From a virus (lineage: Duplodnaviria > Caudoviricetes), in IMG/VR virus record IMGVR_UViG_3300037424_001076, positions 1-64,000 of that record: a stretch of DNA of 64,000 bases; one strand, 5' to 3'. The translations under genes and the position numbers were made by a program. Under the pieces are notes generated by a model. The model made no database searches, had not been told where the DNA came from, and saw nothing but the letters and a program-made list of their open reading frames with translations. Shown here one piece after another: positions 58,613-64,000 of this stretch (the first letter of the stretch is position 1; each line of letters starts with the position of its first letter).

Positions 58613-58999
58613 TTACGTCGTACCAAATGTGCTTGATAAATTCGAAACGACTTGGTACTTTGTCGCTGATACAGCAATTAATTGAACAACCTCACCCGGC
58701 GCACTAAATGCTATAACTCTTCCTGTGCTGGATGACGTTGATCCATAGAAAATCGTCGTGGTATTCGGAATCACTTTATAGATCGAAGACGAACCAGATT
58801 GCACTAATGCGATAATAGTCTTGTCTGCTCCAGGAAAGAGTGGTGGATCAATATTAAATGTTAATGTCCCCGGTTTAGTAGATGACAAAGTAGTAACACC
58901 ATATCCAAGAATAGTTGTCGCTGTGCTTGTTATCGCCTGAATTCTATATCTCTCATCGAATGTTTTCATAGCCGGACGTTGTTCTTTTTCAAACCCCAT
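58613..58999 (-). CDS. Ser/Thr-rich structural protein
   Basis: Resembles the C-terminal domain of the next gene; follows the capsid gene. Confidence 0.65.
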   Translation of the reverse strand: MGFEKEQRPAMKTFDERYRIQAITSTATTILGYGVTTLSSTKPGTLTFNIDPPLFPGADKTIIALVQSGSSSIYKVIPNTTTIFYGSTSSSTGRVIAFSAPGEVVQLIAVSATKYQVVSNLSSTFGTT

Positions 59000-59093
59000 C
59001 TTCGGATTTCACCTCCCTTAGAAATAAACATGGAAACAAAAATGACCCTAACTTATTATGGTTCGGGTCATTTCCATTTCTCTTAATATATGC

Positions 59094-60077
59094 TTAAGCT
59101 ATAGCTGCCGAGAAGAAAACACCGAGATCCGCTCCAATAACTTTCATAGACCATGCAGATTCACCCTCAATACGATTAGCTGCATTTACTTCTACACGGA
59201 AATTCTTGATTCTTACGCCTTCCGCTCCTGCTCCGAATAGACCCTGCCAAGTAAACAAATATCCAGCCGAAGGTTGATAAAGGCCCGGCGCTGGTGCTGA
59301 ATACCCAAGGAAAGCATTCTTCCCATAGACAAACGCATAACTTGCTGTAGCATTTTCATTAGCTGTATTCTGCACAGCTCTTGGTACAAGCACACGCTCA
59401 ACATCAAATAAAACTGCCAAGATATCTTCCGTGATAACTCCTTTTTGGGTATATTTAACACGGTCAAGAATATCTGGGTGATTCTTTAATGTGGTGTAAA
59501 CTTCTGGCCCAAGAACTAAACAATTAGGTCTATATCCAGTTTTCCTAGAAATACTATCAGCTTGATTAGTGATATCCTCGATAGGAGTACTAACAATATT
59601 ATCCCATTGGGTAAAATCTACAGTACCGACTAAATCCGTACCCGTGGTAGATCCAGTCCATAAACCAGTTGTGAAGAAATGACTGACCCATTCAACCTCT
59701 CGTTTAAGAAGGAGTTGCTGGGTTACATAAACTGTGTGGGATCTTTCAAGTTGAAGAGGCTGATCGGCATTAGCACGAGTCTGATCATCAAGATCCGCAT
59801 GGTATCCTAATACATCGCAGTTATAATTGTCCGTACTCAATCTATAACCACCACCCGCAGTTTCAGCACCCGGCGCTCTTACCTGAGCCTCATTTCTGAA
59901 AAAATCAGCCTGTGAAAAAATAAAATACCTATCACTCTTATTGGTAACAGGTACGATCGGGAATACCTTATTTGCGACAAAATTTCGCTCTGTGTCCTGA
60001 ATATACGCAATTGAAATGTTAGTTAATGCTCTGTCAACATGAACGTCACTAAGCGTTGGGTTCGGCAAAGCGCTCAC
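59094..60077 (-). CDS. Major capsid protein
   Basis: DVHVDRALTNISIAY...VFPIVPV...NHPDILDRVKY. Confidence 0.92.
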   Translation of the reverse strand: MSALPNPTLSDVHVDRALTNISIAYIQDTERNFVANKVFPIVPVTNKSDRYFIFSQADFFRNEAQVRAPGAETAGGGYRLSTDNYNCDVLGYHADLDDQTRANADQPLQLERSHTVYVTQQLLLKREVEWVSHFFTTGLWTGSTTGTDLVGTVDFTQWDNIVSTPIEDITNQADSISRKTGYRPNCLVLGPEVYTTLKNHPDILDRVKYTQKGVITEDILAVLFDVERVLVPRAVQNTANENATASYAFVYGKNAFLGYSAPAPGLYQPSAGYLFTWQGLFGAGAEGVRIKNFRVEVNAANRIEGESAWSMKVIGADLGVFFSAAIA

Positions 60078-60284
60078 TCCTTTTTTAGTTATTTACTTTG
60101 AATTACTTCCAATTACTCATATTTGCTACCAAATACAATAATTGATGTTCATGTGGGAAAATAGAAAAATCCCCCTAAAAATTGACATGCAAAAAGCACG
60201 GTCTTTACTGGGGGGGATTCAGTAATTTTAAGGCTCACACCCTAGACCGTGCTAAATCTTTAAATTTTAAAGCGACATAAAAAA

Positions 60285-60683
60285 TTAGGTTGTTATTCCA
60301 AGCGAAGCAAAACTTACAGTAATAATATCCGATGAAGATGCTGCAGTTTCTAATACTGGCCCATACATAATAGATCTTGCAGAAGGAATCGTTTGAGTAC
60401 TATACGCTAAACCATTCCCTCTAATAAAGAAGTTCTTTCCAACATTTATAGAACTTCCAGCAATAATTTTAGAAATACAACCTTGAGGCCAAATTTCTCC
60501 TGCATCACCATTACCCGGATTATTTTGAAGAATTCCAACCGCATTTCTATGCCCAATAGTTGTCCCGAGAATTACGAAATTGCCTTCCGTAGCAGTTGAA
60601 GCGAATACAGCTTTATACTGACTTGTGGTGTAACTGCTAGATGCAATAAGAGAAAAGCTCAAATTCTTGATATCATAAGCCAT
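60285..60683 (-). CDS. Capsid cement/decoration protein (DUF2190-like)
   Basis: AVGILQNNP...GE...ISKIIAG...DIITV. Confidence 0.75.
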   Translation of the reverse strand: MAYDIKNLSFSLIASSSYTTSQYKAVFASTATEGNFVILGTTIGHRNAVGILQNNPGNGDAGEIWPQGCISKIIAGSSINVGKNFFIRGNGLAYSTQTIPSARSIMYGPVLETAASSSDIITVSFASLGITT

Positions 60684-61576
60684 TATTTTCCGCTCCTTTC
60701 TCTAATATACTCTTCATAGAGTTGTGGATTTTCAGCAAGGACTCTATCGATTGCTTGTGCCATCGTTCTCCCATCACCTTTAGCAACATAACTCTTGGCT
60801 AATTCTTCAATCTTAGCCCAAGAACTATCGTTGTTACTAACTGCATCAGATCCAATTTCCTTAAACAAATCCGACTTTTCAATCTTAGCATTGGCATCTT
60901 TTAATGATGTTTCGACTTGTAAACCATACTCTGCCGAAACTTCATATGCTTTCTTCAAAATGCCACCTACTGCTTCGGCAGTTCCAATGTTAGGGAAATT
61001 TGCTCCTCGTTCTTGATACTCTTTAGTGATTCTGATTTCTCGCTCTGCCTTGAGTATAGCTTCCAATTCATCAGCTTTCTTGATCGCAGATTCATGCTCT
61101 TTCCAAAGCATCTGAACAAGTTCGCGGGATTCTTCTGGAATAGCATCAATGTCCAAAGAACCATCTTCCTTCTTCATCCTCTTTTTCTCTGCAACGAGAG
61201 GTTGTTTAGGCATTTCTTTTCCTCCTTTTGGATTTGCTGGTTTTTCCATTTCTTCATCTTCCATTTCACCATAACCAGCCATACTAATTAATTTTTCCAT
61301 GAAACCCTTCGGCATCTCTTCCTTATATGCCGTCATTAATTTGAGTGCTCCCTTTGCAGCATCACATGCTTTTTCACTCAATTTCATTTTTTTTAGGATA
61401 TTCTCAATACCCTCAGAATTATCTAGGTCAATATCCAATTCATTGAGTGATTTTAAAACATCATTTAAGACTTCCAAGGTATTACCTCCTTCTTGTTTTA
61501 AGAGTAAAAACATACGTTCGTTAGCTGGTTTATTAACCAGCGATACTTCCTCGACATTTAACCCTTTGAGTTCCAT
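60683..61576 (-). CDS. Scaffold / prohead protease-associated protein
   Basis: VEEVSLVNKPAN N-terminus; coiled coil; LFKEIGS...NPQLYEEY end. Confidence 0.8.
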   Translation of the reverse strand: MELKGLNVEEVSLVNKPANERMFLLLKQEGGNTLEVLNDVLKSLNELDIDLDNSEGIENILKKMKLSEKACDAAKGALKLMTAYKEEMPKGFMEKLISMAGYGEMEDEEMEKPANPKGGKEMPKQPLVAEKKRMKKEDGSLDIDAIPEESRELVQMLWKEHESAIKKADELEAILKAEREIRITKEYQERGANFPNIGTAEAVGGILKKAYEVSAEYGLQVETSLKDANAKIEKSDLFKEIGSDAVSNNDSSWAKIEELAKSYVAKGDGRTMAQAIDRVLAENPQLYEEYIRERSGK

Positions 61577-61599
61577 GATGTTAATTTTGTGTCACCACC

Positions 61600-63060
61600 T
61601 TAATTGACTGGTTTATCTACAGGGATTCTTTTAGAAAATCCTCCTATTGAAAAACCAGTTAATTTTTTTTCTTTCACACCTTGCCACATTTTTTCATCAT
61701 TGATTTTGACGACCATTATCCATGTACCCTTTGTTACATTTTGACTACCAAATGTAAAATCTAAAGGTGCAAGATAACTTTCAACGACATTCGCCTTAGC
61801 CTTAGCTTTGTGTGATTCCCCAATAACTCTAGAATCCTGTAAATAAACGTGTGCAGCTTTCTCTATTTCTTCGGCTCCTATCGTGTCATTTTGGGCATCG
61901 ACACTTCCCGGTTCTAAAACTATGCCATATACAAGTTGCTTTTCTACATCAGCCTTGATTATATCGGCATAGATTACTTCATCTTTTTGATCATTAGGCT
62001 TAACCTTCTTCGGCCTCTTCCAATTAGTAGAATTTATATGGACATCACCCACACTTGGCAATCCCTTATTAATTTCCTCAAGTTTAATTTTGATCTGTTT
62101 AAGTTTTCTTCCAACTTCACCAGAATCACTGAACCTTCGGATTGCCATAGGATGAGGTAAAACAAAATCAACATCTTCGCCAAGACCTTTTTTTGCTCTC
62201 TGTCCTAATGCAACAATAACTTTTGGATTTGCTCTTTCTAATTCCTTTTCTAACCACTCATTCCAATCATCAACCTCAATATCTGTCGGCTCCCTAACAT
62301 TACCCAATTTGTCAATTAACAACATCGGGACAGCATTAGTTAAAAATACATCCTCCCGGCTCAACCCTAATGGTTTAATATATAATTCATTAAAGGTTTC
62401 TCCGCACGGCCCAACGAATGCCTCTCCTCTCAAATATTCAATTTTACCCGGTGAAGCACCGACAAAAGCTATTTCAGAATTTGCCTTGCCCGAACTTTTA
62501 ACCATCGGCACGAATTTATCATTTTTCTCAACTACCGGAATTCCCTTCTGGAATGGACTGATTAACTTTTCATCATCCCACATTTCCCTCATCTTCGCAT
62601 AATATCTGTCAATGTGATCCTTCATTCCTTGTAAATCTTCCTTTGGAACATTTATTTGTGATGCTCCTCCAGCCAATCTAGCCCCACTAAGTACTCCTGC
62701 TGCAGCAAATATTCCCCTCGGTATTGCCATTAATTTCCCATCAATCACATTTGCAATTGGGAATTTATATCCACCAAAAGTTTCCTTATTTTCATCATCA
62801 ACCCATAAGAATCCTTGGCTAAATTTACCCCAATTTATATCTTCCTTATCATCTCCCCCCGCCCACTCCCTAATATTTTTTTCCGCCTCTGATCCATCCC
62901 ACTCCATTTTCCTATCTGCAAGAGGTAAATCCTTGAATGGTGTTACACCCTTAATTATTTCTTCTGGAACTGCTATTTCATGAATCTTATCAAACGTTTC
63001 TTTTGGTATAAATTTTTTGAGAGTATCCAAAACTACATCCAAATACTCCTGAACTTGCAT
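61600..63060 (-). CDS. Fusion: phage head N-domain + UDG-superfamily domain + XkdF-like prohead protease
   Basis: DLPLAD...GYKFPIANV; FVGASPG...AFVGPCG...FLTNAV...PKVIVALG...HP; KQLVYGIVLEP...LTGFSIGG. Confidence 0.85.
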   Translation of the reverse strand: MQVQEYLDVVLDTLKKFIPKETFDKIHEIAVPEEIIKGVTPFKDLPLADRKMEWDGSEAEKNIREWAGGDDKEDINWGKFSQGFLWVDDENKETFGGYKFPIANVIDGKLMAIPRGIFAAAGVLSGARLAGGASQINVPKEDLQGMKDHIDRYYAKMREMWDDEKLISPFQKGIPVVEKNDKFVPMVKSSGKANSEIAFVGASPGKIEYLRGEAFVGPCGETFNELYIKPLGLSREDVFLTNAVPMLLIDKLGNVREPTDIEVDDWNEWLEKELERANPKVIVALGQRAKKGLGEDVDFVLPHPMAIRRFSDSGEVGRKLKQIKIKLEEINKGLPSVGDVHINSTNWKRPKKVKPNDQKDEVIYADIIKADVEKQLVYGIVLEPGSVDAQNDTIGAEEIEKAAHVYLQDSRVIGESHKAKAKANVVESYLAPLDFTFGSQNVTKGTWIMVVKINDEKMWQGVKEKKLTGFSIGGFSKRIPVDKPVN

Positions 63061-63097
63061 TTCATAAATCTCTCCTTCCTCTCAAAAACAATAAAAA

Positions 63098-63149
63098 GCG
63101 CCGACGATCCCAATACATTTTTTTAAATTAATGCACTGGTCGTCGGCGC
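63098..63149 (-). terminator. Long hairpin terminator ahead of the head-maturation gene
   Basis: GCGCCGACGA...TCGTCGGCGC-TTTTT overlapping the Com-like stop. Confidence 0.7.
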
Positions 63150-63374
63150 GACTCTCAATTCCGCAAGATGGATATACTTGCACTTATTACATTTTATCTG
63201 GGCCTTACCCTCAATAAACCCTAACAGATGATTGCATATTGGACACCTAACTGGCACTAAATTAATTGTGCTAGGATGTATGATTGGTTTTCTTAACAAT
63301 TCCTCTACCGTCATTAAAATCTCAAATCTACTAAATGAAGAATTACATACTACATTATTTTCTGGGCTACTCAT
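63123..63374 (-). CDS. Com-like zinc-finger regulator
   Basis: VRCPICNHLLG...IKCNKCK. Confidence 0.7.
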   Translation of the reverse strand: MSSPENNVVCNSSFSRFEILMTVEELLRKPIIHPSTINLVPVRCPICNHLLGFIEGKAQIKCNKCKYIHLAELRVAPTTSALI

Positions 63375-63658
63375 GCATTTTTCTCTTCTTCCATCATCCT
63401 TCTCTCATTGGCTCTTAATCTATTCGCCTCTCCTCCACGCATATGTCTCTCATTACGATTCAAATCAATGATTTTATAAACTTCCTCATAAAGTTCCAAA
63501 TCAATATCCTTTAGATATTTATGAATATCTCGATGCACCGTACTCTTACTTACTCCAAATTCATCTGCTGCTCTCCTAATAGTTGTTTCATTCTTGATAA
63601 TATACCGTGCTACATCCACGGCTCTTTTCTGAATTAAATCATGTAATATCGTACTCAT
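63371..63658 (-). CDS. spoIIID: SpoIIID-like sporulation transcription regulator
   Basis: RAVDVARYII...TIRRAADEFGVSKSTVHRDI...ERHMRGGEA. Confidence 0.9.
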   Translation of the reverse strand: MSTILHDLIQKRAVDVARYIIKNETTIRRAADEFGVSKSTVHRDIHKYLKDIDLELYEEVYKIIDLNRNERHMRGGEANRLRANERRMMEEEKNA

Positions 63659-63693
63659 TAGAAATTGGCTCCCCCCTAATTTCTAAATATTTT

Positions 63694-64000
63694 TTAATCG
63701 AAAACTAGACCCAAGGCACAACGGCAAGAAGGGTGAAGTGTTGGCGTTAAGGATGTATAACTTTTACCACCGATTGATGCTGTCCCAAACTCTTCCTCTA
63801 GCCCAACTAATTGACCATTAAGACTTTTACACCATTGACACAATCGATCGTCAGGAGTCGTAATCCATCTCCTTCTAGCTGTGACTCTACTAATCAAACC
63901 CTTATCTGCCGTTTGCACCCATAACGACTGTTGACCCCTATTTGCTGCTGTTATCGTTTCAGTTCTGCTTATATTCTTCGACCGATAAACCAATAAACGT
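63694..64000 (-). CDS. Phage minor head protein (SPP1 gp7 / Mu F-like), C-terminal part
   Basis: ISRTET...WITTPDDRLCQWC...LHPSCRC; the frame stays open to the window edge. Confidence 0.85.
   Translation of the reverse strand, partial: RLLVYRSKNISRTETITAANRGQQSLWVQTADKGLISRVTARRRWITTPDDRLCQWCKSLNGQLVGLEEEFGTASIGGKSYTSLTPTLHPSCRCALGLVFD

Noticed and set aside
39690-62602. Plus-strand ORFs opposite the structural genes (e.g. 50875-51606, 52024-52509, 58129-58500)
   Set aside because: Antisense shadows of long, well-supported minus-strand genes.
1-64000. tRNA, rRNA, att sites, terminase/portal
   Set aside because: None recognisable by eye; packaging genes are probably beyond the right edge. 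tRNAscan/Infernal were not run.

Overview
AT-rich, almost entirely minus-strand segment of a temperate long-tailed (siphovirus-type) phage of a spore-forming Bacillota. It is probably a phage-plasmid: it carries ParA plus an RHH partner, two iteron-containing replication initiators, four type II toxin-antitoxin pairs and a short resolvase-like tyrosine recombinase. In transcription order (high to low coordinate) it runs: minor head protein (cut by the window edge), SpoIIID-like and Com-like regulators, head module, tail module, holin, small early genes behind ~12 promoters sharing a 15-bp operator, replicon 2, an HTH-ParA-RHH-hypothetical-Tas operon, recombinase/GIY-YIG genes, a CI/Cro-like switch, YqaJ/RecT, replicon 1 with a DnaC-like loader, amidase endolysin and mazEF. 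The main finding is a TIGR-Tas-like RNA-guided system. A nuclease-less Nop/IS110-fold protein (22761-23702) is followed immediately by a ~39-unit array of 36-nt dual-repeat/dual-spacer units. A second ~55-unit orphan array with the same unit structure lies ~12 kb away (6960-9335), has its own promoter, and is cleanly interrupted by a 356-bp non-autonomous IscB/HEARO-type IS200/IS605 element. Other notable items: matching antisense-RNA attenuators in front of both replication genes, a head-maturation protein containing a UDG-like domain, and a GT42/MAF-fold enzyme in the head module. All family calls come from motif recognition by eye; no database search was run. Unit counts and small-element boundaries were counted by hand and may be off by a few nt or units.
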